64,000 nt of DNA, taken from assembly GCA_033764955.1 (NCBI GenBank), contig JANRIL010000011.1, positions 64,001-128,000 of the forward strand. The letters run 5' to 3'. Source of the DNA: Cyanobacteriota bacterium. Its GTDB lineage: Bacteria; Cyanobacteriota; Cyanobacteriia; Thermostichales; Thermostichaceae. The first letter of the stretch is position 1. Every line of letters begins with the position of its first letter. Below the pieces are notes generated by a model. It did no database searches and was not told the DNA's origin. It saw nothing but the letters and a program-made list of their open reading frames with translations. Positions 1-11,100 of the stretch are shown here, one piece after another. The translations under genes were made by a program, and so were the position numbers.

Positions 1-180
1 GCTCCCTCAGGATCTGAGTGTTCAGGACAGCTTGGCCATTGCGGATGAGTTGATCCTGAGTTTCGTTTACGGTCTGGCGTTTTTTAGGATCAATGCTGTC
101 ATAAGCATCAATAAGGATATTGGTATCGAACTGCTTCGCAACGCTGACGCGAACAAAACCTTAGTGCTGGTGTCGGTCAT
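1..180 (-). pseudogene. vapC: PIN-domain (VapC-like) toxin, frameshifted by a 23-nt mini-repeat insertion; runs off the window edge
   Basis: ATG at 180 overlaps the antitoxin 3' end and reads MTDTSTKVL. Removing 131-153 restores the in-frame FDTNILIDAYD...VLNTQILRE, a PIN N-terminal motif. Confidence 0.7.
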
Positions 181-394
181 AGAGATCTTCTCGTTTCCAG
201 TCACGACCTGAGGTTGTGCGACGGTTCAAGCTTTGGATAAACGCTTTCTGCTTTTCCCACACCTCGATCCTGGTTCGCTGATCAATGGGTTCAACCAGGG
301 TGAGTTCCACCGTTTGCCCCTCAAGGCTAGGATCTAGCTTTTCCGAAAGGATCAGGTTGCCGTCACGATAGGTTGCGGTCAGAATCTGACTCAT
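161..394 (-). CDS. Putative antitoxin (DUF104/AF2212-like)
   Basis: 77 aa with N-terminal ATYRDGNL..L and C-terminal WKREDLYDR, directly upstream of a PIN gene. Confidence 0.7.
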   Translation of the reverse strand: MSQILTATYRDGNLILSEKLDPSLEGQTVELTLVEPIDQRTRIEVWEKQKAFIQSLNRRTTSGRDWKREDLYDRHQH

Positions 395-424
395 GGTTTC
401 TCCTCGGCAGATTTTCTGTTGATC

Positions 425-1597
425 CTAGTCTAAGCCAGGGATCCCAGGGGTCTCGGCCTGCTTGGATTTACGAGAGGATCCTTTGGGCTTGGCTTGGGAT
501 CCCCCGATGATCTCCTCTTGATAGCGTTGCTGGTTGAGTTTGAGCAGGCGAGCAAGGACTTCATCGTGGACTTCTTCGGGCCAGCGATAGCGCCAGGGTT
601 TCTTGCGTTTGCTGGTTCCTTCGTCGTCTTCGTCTTCGTAGTCGAGCAGGAATTCGCAGTCGGTGGGGATGTCGTGCCAACCGTAGGCATCGAGGACGGC
701 ACGATCCATTTGGGCATGGAGTTCGCGTTGTTTGAGGATATCGGGGTTGGTTTCGTCGGGGTCGTGGAAGCGGTTGTAGGTGGCGGTGAGTCCCTCGTTG
801 TGGCGGATCATGAGATCGGCGCGGAATTCGTAGTAGGTTTTGCCTGCGGCTTCGAGGATGGGGTTAGTTTCCCAATCAAAAGGGAAGGGGAAGGTTTCAA
901 AGCAGTCAGAAGGCGTGTAGCGGAGGTCATCTTTCATAGATGAACCCAAGAATCGCGCCCAAATTTCATGAATACGAGATTGAAGAATACAGAAAGTAGA
1001 GTAAGTTCCAAGTGAGACAACAATAAGTTGTTCAGAATAAACCATCCCGCTTGGTAGAAATGTAAATGCTCCAGTTTGACTAACACGAGGAATAACTAAC
1101 ACCCGATCGCACTGGGCGATCGCTTTTTGAAGGTCTAGAGCAGGGCGAGCAAACATCCACCATCTTGCAGGATTTACAATTGAGCCTTGTGTTAACCTTT
1201 TAGGCTTAACCTTCTCTTCCACGATTGCCATCAAGTCCGGATACTTCTGCATCTCATCTTCCTTCATGTCACCAAAATTAATCACATAGCGATGATGAGC
1301 ATGAGTGGGGCTACTATTCACTTCCTCACCGCCAATGTAAGGAAAAATCCGTTCTGCATTGCGCGGATCTTTTTCGATTAAGCGGTGCATTTCTGCAATA
1401 GGGGTCGCATCGGAATTAGAGTCATCAAACGTAAACCCCATCCCTAACACATAGCTACCTACGAAACTCTTGTTAGCATTTGCCAATAACACAGCAGGGT
1501 CATCATTTCCACCTTTTGCAAACAAAAACGCCGTAATTTTTTCAACAGGTTTGCCATCCAGTAAAATCGGAATATCAGGCGGAAAAGATTGCAGCAT
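425..1597 (-). CDS. C-terminal/target-recognition part of a type IIG-like (DrmMI/MmeI-like) methyltransferase, encoded separately
   Basis: LLDGKPVEKITAFLF, SFVGSYVLGMGFTF, LRYTPSDCFETFPFP, HAQMDRAVLDAYGW and EVLARLLKLN are typical of the C-terminal half of this family. Confidence 0.8.
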   Translation of the reverse strand: MLQSFPPDIPILLDGKPVEKITAFLFAKGGNDDPAVLLANANKSFVGSYVLGMGFTFDDSNSDATPIAEMHRLIEKDPRNAERIFPYIGGEEVNSSPTHAHHRYVINFGDMKEDEMQKYPDLMAIVEEKVKPKRLTQGSIVNPARWWMFARPALDLQKAIAQCDRVLVIPRVSQTGAFTFLPSGMVYSEQLIVVSLGTYSTFCILQSRIHEIWARFLGSSMKDDLRYTPSDCFETFPFPFDWETNPILEAAGKTYYEFRADLMIRHNEGLTATYNRFHDPDETNPDILKQRELHAQMDRAVLDAYGWHDIPTDCEFLLDYEDEDDEGTSKRKKPWRYRWPEEVHDEVLARLLKLNQQRYQEEIIGGSQAKPKGSSRKSKQAETPGIPGLD

Positions 1598-1632
1598 AAT
1601 CCATGCTTTAGAGTGACAAAGTTTTTAGTGCT

Positions 1633-2049
1633 CTACGGCAATAACAAGTTTTGAAATGGTTGATTGTTTTTCCAGCGATACGTGTTGAAGTCTCGCTGAT
1701 CGACTGAGAAAATGCGTCCGTGTCCTAAATGCTCAGCCAAAATCACTAGAGAAGCATCTGCCAAATCCATTGGTAAACTGGCATATTGCTTCATTAGTTT
1801 CGCAATTCTTGAACCAGATTCAGATGGTAAATCAAAAACATTAAAAAGTTTTTGGTGGTAATTGTTGATGAATGCGATTTGTGCCTGTACCCCTTTACGA
1901 GTAAGTAACAGATAACAAGTCTCAGTCATAACAGACCACGTTGTAATGAGAGATTCATCATAGGTTTGAAAAGCTTGATTGGCTGCTTCGTGATACCTAT
2001 CTTTTGCATCAGCGAGTGCCAACCAAAAACCCGTATCAACGATGATCAT
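1633..2049 (-). CDS. vapC: PIN-domain VapC toxin
   Basis: IVDTGFWLAL, E in TETCY, MDLADASL and FSVDQRDF form the PIN acidic tetrad. Confidence 0.9.
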   Translation of the reverse strand: MIIVDTGFWLALADAKDRYHEAANQAFQTYDESLITTWSVMTETCYLLLTRKGVQAQIAFINNYHQKLFNVFDLPSESGSRIAKLMKQYASLPMDLADASLVILAEHLGHGRIFSVDQRDFNTYRWKNNQPFQNLLLP

Positions 2050-2293
2050 ATTTTGTATTCCATCCCTCTGAAAGCACTTGTTTATAGTCTGTAGAAAGAT
2101 TTTCTTCTACAGAGACACAACCAATAAATCCGCTCTCTTTGAATTTCTGATAGGAACTGTCCTCAGCGTTTGCTTTCGATTGATCTACCTGCGGATATCG
2201 CTTTTTCAGGATTTCAATAAAATCCATCAGCAATAGTTGAGCCTCTTCAGGCAAGGCTTGAATATCTTGTTGCATCTGTTCCAGGCTAGACAT
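2036..2293 (-). CDS. Antitoxin (DUF2281-like)
   Basis: MSSLEQMQQDIQALPEEAQLLLMDFIEILKKRY, 85 aa. The ATG overlaps the MTase stop (TAATG) and the 3' end overlaps the PIN gene. Confidence 0.8.
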   Translation of the reverse strand: MSSLEQMQQDIQALPEEAQLLLMDFIEILKKRYPQVDQSKANAEDSSYQKFKESGFIGCVSVEENLSTDYKQVLSEGWNTKYDHR

Positions 2294-5094
2294 TATGCAG
2301 CACCTCCAACCATCGTTTTTTCGCGGGCAACTGTCCCGATCTTCATGATATGCACTAAACTCACCACCACTGCCGCTAATCCCGGCCATTTGTAACGGCG
2401 GGTGGCGTTGTAAATCATGCCGCCATTGTTGCAAATAAACCGGAGGCCGGTGCTGCGAGTGTCGCCCTGAGCGATGGTGTTGGTCGCAATTAAACCAACC
2501 GTGCCGCCCCAACGCAGCAATGTAAACGATCGCCTAAAGAAGTGCGCCACCAGATCCGCATTGCCGTGAGATTCGGGATGCACAATTTTCAACCACTCCA
2601 GATACCCCTCAGGATGGGCGTTAATCGTCGTATTTTTCCCCGCAAACGGTGGATTGCCCACGATCGCATCAAACCCCGAATTTTCCCGCTCAAACACTTC
2701 AGGAAACTCTAATTCCCAGTTAAACGGCTGTACTGCCTTGGTTCCCGTTGTTAGCTTGGCAACAACTGATTGAATTTCAGATTCATCCACCAATCCCTTC
2801 TCATAGCCAATCAATTTACCGCCAAATTCCTCACGATATTTCTGCCGTTGTTTGGCATTGTCACCCGCAAAGAAAGAGGCGACTGCGACTTTTGCTGTTA
2901 ATCGAGCCGGTTCTAAGGCGCGATCGACATCTTGCAATAACGCCTGTTTTGTCTCCGCATCCCCATCTGATCGCGTATCCGACGTTTGAATCTGCTGTCG
3001 ATACGCCAGTGCCTTCGTTGCCGACTGCTTCATTAACAACTTGTGGTCTTCAAAAAACGTTGGCTCATAAGCTGCACTTGCCCCAAAGCTACCAATCTCT
3101 GTTCTGGTCAGCCCCACCAGCGAATCACCGCACTTGAGCGCATGATCCAAAAACGTAAACGGCAAATCTTTTGCCAGCGTCACCAACCACAGCGACAATC
3201 GCGCCAGGTTCACCGCAAACGGGTTCTTATCCACCCCATACAAACACCGCTGCGCCACCAATCGCCGCGCCACCACCACATCCTCCACCGTCTCCGGCAG
3301 ATCCGCTGGCTTGCCGTGATAGTTCCAGGCTTCCACCAACTTGTCTGCCAACTGCCGACAGGCTTCCACCAAAAACGCCGCAGAACCCATCGCCAGATCG
3401 CACACCTTCAGATCCAACAACTGCTCTGGTGTAGGATGCTCGCCTAAATTCTTCAGCACAGGCTCCAGCGTCTTCTCCACGATCGGCTGCGTCAACTTCC
3501 GAGGCGTGTAGTGAGACCCCGATCGCCGCCGTTCCTCTCCCGGTTGCAAAAACAGACTGCCTGCCGCTAACAAATTAGGAGTTCTGGACGAAACCCGACG
3601 ACCAATGGCAGCAGCAATGTCTTCTGCCGTTTTTGCCTCCTTCAACTCCTTCAAGGCTGCCCCTTTCAGTTCACACTCTGCCGCTTTGAGAATGTTGACG
3701 CGATCGGCTGGCTTTGCCGCCAGGATCTTGTCTACATCCACCACCACATCTTTCGGACGAACGGCGATCGATCGTCCGTGGGCAATCTCCACCTCATAGC
3801 CCATGATCGCCTCATAAACCGAGCCAATCTGCTCAACATCAAGGGCACGATAGGATAATCGCTCTCCATCCAACATCAGCAGCTTATCCAGCATTCGGTA
3901 AACCACCCCATCTGAGACGCGAGGGGCTTCAATTCTGCCGAAGGTGGCAAAGTGAGAAGCGATCGGGCGACCTTCTAAAAACGGGTACTCATCTGGGTCA
4001 AACAACTGCCCATGCCGCGCGGGAAGGTACTCCTCCGTCGGGCCACCTCCGTCATACACCAGACGAAACAGACTCAACAGCGTTGCCCATGCCCCATACC
4101 GCTGATCCATCGTGTCTGGGTAGTTGCCTGCATCCTCTCGCAACTTCTCATACAGCCCCGACACCGCGTAGTTGCGCTGATAAACCTCATCATCCGGCAT
4201 CAGCCCTTCATCTTCGGCATAGAGCAGGAACACCAGCCGCATCAGCGTGGTGATCAGCCCCCCATAGATATGCTGCGGGTCAGTTTCAGCTAACTCTCTG
4301 AGGATCTTTCCATTTACTGTTGCATCCGCCGCCTGAAACCCTTTCAGTAATTCCCACAGGGCATCCAAAACCTGTTCCGCCAGTTTGGTGGAGACCTCGG
4401 CTTGATAGTGGCGGCTATCTTCCAGCAGTTGGGGCAACCGTTGCGCTTCTGGCACGTTAAAGAGTCGTTCGGATCCGAGTAGCAGATCCAAGGCCCCCAA
4501 AATCAGACGCCCCGACACCTCGGTCATGGCCTGCACTGGGAACGTCACATGACCGGATGATTCCCCATTGGGGGCAACCACCAAGCGGATCGCGGTGCCG
4601 TTAAACAGGATCCCTTGATAGACCTTGGTTTCTCGCAACAGCCGCTCAAACTTGGCTTGAGAACTGGCTTTCCATCCGTGAGCACTTGCAAAGGGATCCT
4701 CATCGTCAAAGGGTTGCCCTGTAGGCAGAGTTTGGATGAGCAGGATCCAGGTATCCGCTTGCCCATCCGTCCCTTTCACGGCATAGGTGGGACTGAGAAC
4801 CTCGCCATAATTGGGCAAAGCTACCGTTAATTCCTCAGGGGGATCCTTTAGGTCATCAGGCAGCCACCCCAGTACAGTTTGAGTGAAACCAGGAAAATCA
4901 GGGATCCAAGCACAGGGATCCCCTCGCAGCTCAGGCGTTGTGACCGCCAGGAGCTTTTCTTGGAGATCCACCAGTTTGCCTCGATCAATAATGGCCTGCG
5001 CTTTGATCAGAGCAGGGGGAGAGACCACCAGACCGACAGGTTGTAGTAGTCCTAGCCATTCTTTGTGGCGGTAGGTGTCGAGATCTGTGCTCAT
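2293..5094 (-). CDS. drmMI: N6-adenine DNA methyltransferase, DISARM DrmMI-like (N-terminal and catalytic part)
   Basis: SGSHYTP, CDLAMGSAAFL (motif I), LYGVDKN and GFDAIVGNPPF (motif IV); lies downstream of a DrmD-like helicase. Confidence 0.85.
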   Translation of the reverse strand: MSTDLDTYRHKEWLGLLQPVGLVVSPPALIKAQAIIDRGKLVDLQEKLLAVTTPELRGDPCAWIPDFPGFTQTVLGWLPDDLKDPPEELTVALPNYGEVLSPTYAVKGTDGQADTWILLIQTLPTGQPFDDEDPFASAHGWKASSQAKFERLLRETKVYQGILFNGTAIRLVVAPNGESSGHVTFPVQAMTEVSGRLILGALDLLLGSERLFNVPEAQRLPQLLEDSRHYQAEVSTKLAEQVLDALWELLKGFQAADATVNGKILRELAETDPQHIYGGLITTLMRLVFLLYAEDEGLMPDDEVYQRNYAVSGLYEKLREDAGNYPDTMDQRYGAWATLLSLFRLVYDGGGPTEEYLPARHGQLFDPDEYPFLEGRPIASHFATFGRIEAPRVSDGVVYRMLDKLLMLDGERLSYRALDVEQIGSVYEAIMGYEVEIAHGRSIAVRPKDVVVDVDKILAAKPADRVNILKAAECELKGAALKELKEAKTAEDIAAAIGRRVSSRTPNLLAAGSLFLQPGEERRRSGSHYTPRKLTQPIVEKTLEPVLKNLGEHPTPEQLLDLKVCDLAMGSAAFLVEACRQLADKLVEAWNYHGKPADLPETVEDVVVARRLVAQRCLYGVDKNPFAVNLARLSLWLVTLAKDLPFTFLDHALKCGDSLVGLTRTEIGSFGASAAYEPTFFEDHKLLMKQSATKALAYRQQIQTSDTRSDGDAETKQALLQDVDRALEPARLTAKVAVASFFAGDNAKQRQKYREEFGGKLIGYEKGLVDESEIQSVVAKLTTGTKAVQPFNWELEFPEVFERENSGFDAIVGNPPFAGKNTTINAHPEGYLEWLKIVHPESHGNADLVAHFFRRSFTLLRWGGTVGLIATNTIAQGDTRSTGLRFICNNGGMIYNATRRYKWPGLAAVVVSLVHIMKIGTVAREKTMVGGAA

Positions 5095-5106
5095 GACAGG
5101 GATCCT

Positions 5107-8100
5107 CTAAAGTTGACCCGCTAAAAGGACAGTGTAATGCCAACCCTGGGTTTTAATTTCAGGTGCTAGTTGTTTATAATATTTCTCTGGAGTTATTTCC
5201 ACACTTACGGGATAGCGATAGATATTACTAACTCGAATCTGTGATTGATCATTGCCATATAAATCTGCTTGCAAGTACCCGATTATTCGTTGTCCATGGA
5301 GTACTTGTCTTCTATTTTTGATGACCACAGAATCGTTAATTCTTACATGAGTTCTCAAATAATCTTGGAGTCCATCATTGTATTGCTCCTTAAAACCAGG
5401 CCAGGAAATAAAAACTTCATCAGGGGATCCTTCTAGCCTTAGTACTTGCTGATTTATCCCTTGGAATGCTTGTTTCTTTGACCATGCCTTTTCCCGTGGC
5501 CCCCAGTCAAAGTAAAGCTCATTTTTAGCACGAGTCACGGCAACATAATAAAGTCGAGCCTCTTCGGCTGCTGAGTCTAGAATATTATTTCCATGACCCT
5601 CAAAATTATCTCCATCATCCTTATCCATAAAGGGAAAAGTTGTGATCGAACTAGGAACGTAAACGACATCAAATTCTAGACCCTTGACTTTGTGAATGGT
5701 GGAAATGGTGATCCCAGGATCCCGATTCGATAGAGATTGAGATAGTCGGGTAAAATCACTAGTTTTTAAATCCTGAATCATCGCCAGATGTTGGCTTAAA
5801 GTGCTATAACTTTCATATTCGACGAACGTAAGTGACCTCAGTTGCTCAATAGACTCAATTCCGTAATTTACATCGGCAAGAACAAGCTGCCGGTATTGCT
5901 CAAGTAACTCATCCCAAATTGAAGATGTAAGTCCGGGATCAGGCTCTTGAGAAAGATAGGTTTGGCACAGATCTATCCATTCTCCAATCTCTCGTACTTG
6001 AGCTAGTTTAAGATTATTATTGCTTTGGATCCGAAGTGGTTTAACATTACTATTTTGCAATAAATTATAGAATTGAAAAACTTCGCTATTAGTCCTGCAT
6101 AATACAGCCATTGATTTAGGGTGCTCAATGTTCACACAATTATAGGCCATAACTTCTTGGGCCAAATTGACCAGTCGTGGACACTTAGGATCCACATCTT
6201 CAATTATCTGATGATCTATGATTCCATTTTCATCGCGATAGGCTTGAAGCGTGATATTGGCTTTAACTCGATTAGGAATTAGGTTGGTAGCAAGCACTTG
6301 GGATCGCTGAATAATATCGAAAGTGGAGCGATAATTTACCAGCAGGTTAATCACATCACTTTGATAGTCAATCCGGAAATCTTGTAAGTATTGATTAGCA
6401 TGAAGGCGGTCGCCGCGCTTGCGAGTCCAAAGCAAAATATCTTGGTCATCATCCCCAATAACAACAACACCTGCCCCGCTACCTTGGTAAAGAGCCAAGA
6501 TTACTTTATAGAAATCCTCGTTCATATCTTGGAACTCATCAACTAAGATGGCTTTATAATTCGCTGAGACCCTATTTCTAAGAGCTTCATCTGTCTGCAT
6601 TGCTAGAGCAAAATTATGAAGAGTTACTTTGAGATCATTATTCCTATCCCTTACATCACTCAAACTCTTGAGCGCAAAACTATGAAAGGTATAAACCTGC
6701 ATCCGGCGAACAAAGGATCCATAGCCTAGTTGTTTGAAGAGATCCCGTACTCGCTTTTTGATTTCGTACACAACAGCACGATTAAAAGCCAAGACTAGAA
6801 TTTCATGAGGCTGAAGTCCTTGACGGTAAATCAAGTCAGCACATCGCATCATCAGGACATGAGTTTTGCCTGCTCCAGGGCCTGCATTGACTAACAGATT
6901 TTGGTTATAGGGATGCTCACATACGTCCTTTTGTTGAGGATTAAGGCACTCTTTTGCCTGGTGAATAGCCTCTTCTCTCACTCTGCCTTGGATTTGTTTC
7001 AGTGCTGGATTGACTTCGAGAATATCATCATCGATTTCCCCAATAGTAGAATCAATCACTTTCTCTAGAGCAGTTAAAGAATCTGCTTCAAAATAGCGAT
7101 CTATATAACCTGCCCGCAAGGAATCCGGTAGATAAGCATAAAGTTCCATAGCTTGGGCTCGCCGCAAAGCCATATTGTTAAGATCGTCGATAGTCTTTAT
7201 CATTTTCTGATCTAACGGATGCATTTGCTCACGATCAGTTTCGATTTGATCTGGCTTGAGAATTTCTAGGATATAGCTAAAGGTTGTAATCTCATTTGAA
7301 GCAGAGTAGATTCCTAGATTACTTATAAGCTTGATTGCAGATTGCAAGGGTTTTATCTTGACAGCTTTAGGGCAACACTTTAATAATTCATCAAGAGTCA
7401 AGTCTATTTCGTTTTGATTGGCAGGTTCTTTGTTGAGTATGGTGAGTAAAGCTTGGCTAATTTCAAGAATTAGCTTCGCTTTCTCAATCCACTTTGGAGT
7501 AAGATGATATGAGTAAAAGATAGTTTGATTGTCACTAATATTCTCATCAAAGCGAATCAAGATATCTCGCAATAATTTAACGACACTCCTGACAACTCTT
7601 TTTTGTGCGTCCTTAATCTTCCTTTCAGACCAAGTTGCTGTCATAGATTCTTGTTGAAGATCTGCAGAAAGATCAGAAATTAGATCGTCCCAGTAAAGTC
7701 TTGGTTGCTTAGCTTTTTGATTAACAATATTCAGGATTTTCCTTAGCCACTTGAACTGCTGTTCTTGCATATCGTGATAGTGACCCTTTTTGAACTGGAT
7801 CTTGCGATTAATCTTTAGTGCCCCAACCTGACTTAGCTTCAAGATTCCTGTCCATACTTGATCCATTTGCCTCAACTGAGAGTGCCTCCACAAGTTATCA
7901 AGACTAAGATCTACCGTGGTCCACTTGTCGTTTGTGGTTCTTTCATCATTGGATTCAGTTCCTAGATCTATTGGTTCCCTTGAACTAGAAGTTATAGTTG
8001 TTTGTATTCCCGTTAGTTGGCTTATAGGCAAAGATGTAGATCGTTGATCAGCCAATGACTGCCCGAAAAAGAAGCCTAAAACTCCTTTGGCAACATTCAT

Positions 8101-11100
8101 GATTACTTGAGAGATGGAAGAGGCTAAAGATCTAGAGTCTTTCTGATTTTCTGATGGATCGATTTTTGTTAAAGCTGTGGAGAACTCTGGAATTGAAATA
8201 TCTGAATTGGCAAAATCAATCTCAGGTACAGGAACTCCACTGATAGTAAAACTGTTTGATTCAAACAAGCTTAGTAAAGCTCTTGCAACTGTAGCAGTCA
8301 GATCAGATCCCTGACTATATTGTTTCAAATTATCGGCTTTTAATTCTACTTTGAGTAATCCTGGCAAATAAGCACAAATTGTTAATCGCTCTGAATACTC
8401 TAACCAAAATAAATATCGCCTCAGAGCATCTTCTTTAAAACTTCCAAATTCATCTATAGGGATAATAGCAATAGGATTCTCACCTTGAATTAAGGGTCTG
8501 GCTTCTGCAACAATCTCTATCCAAAGTTCTCGCAACTGAGGCACGGTGATCCGGTTTAGTTGAATCAAGGATTGTGTAGTGTCAAAGTCACCAGGTGCAA
8601 ATAGTAGCTTTCCTTGAACATACTCTAAGCTAGCAGCTTCTCGACTTTCCTTGTTACGACCAATTCTACCGACTTCTTGCAAGTAATCTTCTAAATAATT
8701 TGGCGGTGACAAATGCAAGCACCAATGAATATGAGCGATATCCATACCCATGCCAAAGGCTTTAGTACAAACTAGTACTTTTATTTCGTGATCTAGAAAA
8801 CTATGATAGAGTTCGATCCGCAGATCGGCAGATAATCCGGCATGGAAATAATCTACTTGACAATCTATTTCTTCTCTTTCATTTATTAACTTAACTAGTT
8901 CTTCTGCATGCCGCCTACGCGTAACGAAAATAATGACACTGCTACGTGAGAGATCTGCAGATCGAATTATATTCTCGACGTAACCCAAACGAGGAGATAG
9001 GGATTCAGATTGAGCAGAAAAAGTGACTTCAACATTTTCAGCAGTTAGTTGAATGAAAGGCTGAATAGGATGTCGTATTTTCTCTGGGCGAAGGACGTAG
9101 GTATTTTGATTTGCATCGATCTCCTGCTCTAGATCCTTACGAACAATCTCTGTGATAGTTGCAGAAAATAGCAAGACCGGAATCAACTCTCCATTAGGTT
9201 GATGTCGATAAAAATGTCGAATCTCTCGCGTAGCGAATAAATAGTCAGGTCGAAATTCAAAACCCCACTGACTTACACAATGCGCCTCATCAATGACGAT
9301 GTATTCAAAACCTTGATCAAACTCAAATCGTCGCTGAATAGCCTCTCGAAAACGTGGGATTCGAAACCGTTCTGGAGCGACAAATAAAAGTTTGATGCGG
9401 TTATCAATAATCCCTTGATAAACTTCTGATGTCTGCCAGGGATCGCGATCTCCACTGAGATAATCAACTGATTGAATAAACCCTTTGCGCCACAAGGTAT
9501 TCACTTGATCCGCCATCAAAGCTCGTAACGGTGAGATTACTAGGGTGAGGCGTTGGGTAAACGCACCGCGTAGTAGAGCTGGAATATGAAACAGTACGGA
9601 CTTACCTTCACCCGTTGGGAGCCTGACTAGTACATCTTGGGTACGGGTAATGATTGCCTCGATGGCTGGCTTTTGGGTTCCTTCTCGAAAGTCCAGGTAG
9701 CCCCAATGAGCTTGCAAAAACTGTCGATAGCTTTCGTAATCTGTCGGGGGATCCCGTCGCTCAATATCGCCTAGTATATTTCGTAAAGTTTCTAACAGTC
9801 GCTCCGGTTGCTTGAGTTTTGCCAGAGGAATCTCCCGGATAAGAATTCTTTTTTCTTGCCCCAGGGAGAGGTGGCTGAGACGGCTATCCAAAATTATTGG
9901 CACACATGAGGGATCCTTAAACTGAAAACGAGTCCATAGCCAGGGGCCCAAGTGACGCTCAATCGCGATAGTCATTGCTGAAGCAGAAATCTGCACTGGT
10001 AAAAGGGTAGTTCTATCCCCTCCTCCCTGACGCTCACTCTGAAGTTCTTCATCCTCGTCTAGATTTGCCCCATCTCCCTCATATCCGTCTTCGGCTTCAT
10101 TCAGTATTAAATCCGGATCATTCTCTTGCTGAGCTTGGTCGAGTAGCCACCACTCCTCTAATGGCAACGCTTCAATCAGGGGTAACACCTTGCACCCTAA
10201 AGTGGCAGCCGCATCCAAAAACCGATCCACCTGGTCTATAGCCGATATCACTAACGGTTTGCTCCGCCGCCGTACTTTTTCAAAATGTCGTAGTATCGAC
10301 CCTCCCGATCGTTCAATTGTCAGTCCCAAAGTCGCTATTGCTTGTTCAATGGCTCTTGCTTCCCCCGCCTCATCCACCAGTAATAACAGCATCACATCGG
10401 GATCCGTCTGATAATGCACCGACAAAACCCGCAGCAGCAAATCATCCCAATAGCGAAGCCGATTACCAGAACCCGGTGATAGTCCTTCCCGAATTCCACC
10501 GGGATCCTTCCAGCGGGGCAATATCACCTCCCACTGACTGCTGTAGTTATGAGGTGTGACATCTTCAGACTGCTGGATCTTTTCAAATAAATCCGCCAGA
10601 TCGGCTCCCAGCAGCCGCAAAGCCCAGGGAAACTGCCGCTCTTGTCGACCCCGCAGTGGGTCATACTCTAGCCAACAGTGGAGTGGTTTCTTATCTACTC
10701 CCCACTGGAATAAATCAACTCCTTCTGGAATGTTGAACAGCATCCGCCCTGCCAAATCAGACGTTTGGGAAATCAGGGATCCTAGTCCCTGCCTAACTTT
10801 TTCCGTCGATAAGGGTTCTAGGTGTATCCTCTCAAAGATTCCTTCCTCTGGATACAGAGGGATAATGTCTTCTGGGATTGGCAGATTTATTGGCAAATCA
10901 TGATAGGCTATTGCCCCTATAACTCCATCTCCTGATTCTCCAGCAGTGATTGGATTGTCTATAGCTTCGTAGAGTAACGAATCTAGCCCTTCCCTTAACC
11001 ACATTGGAATCATCCGGAGCACCACTTGAACCTGTTGACGCTCTGCCTGACGCACCACTACTGCCACGGCTCGTAGATCCCGTCGCTCAGGATGAGCTTC

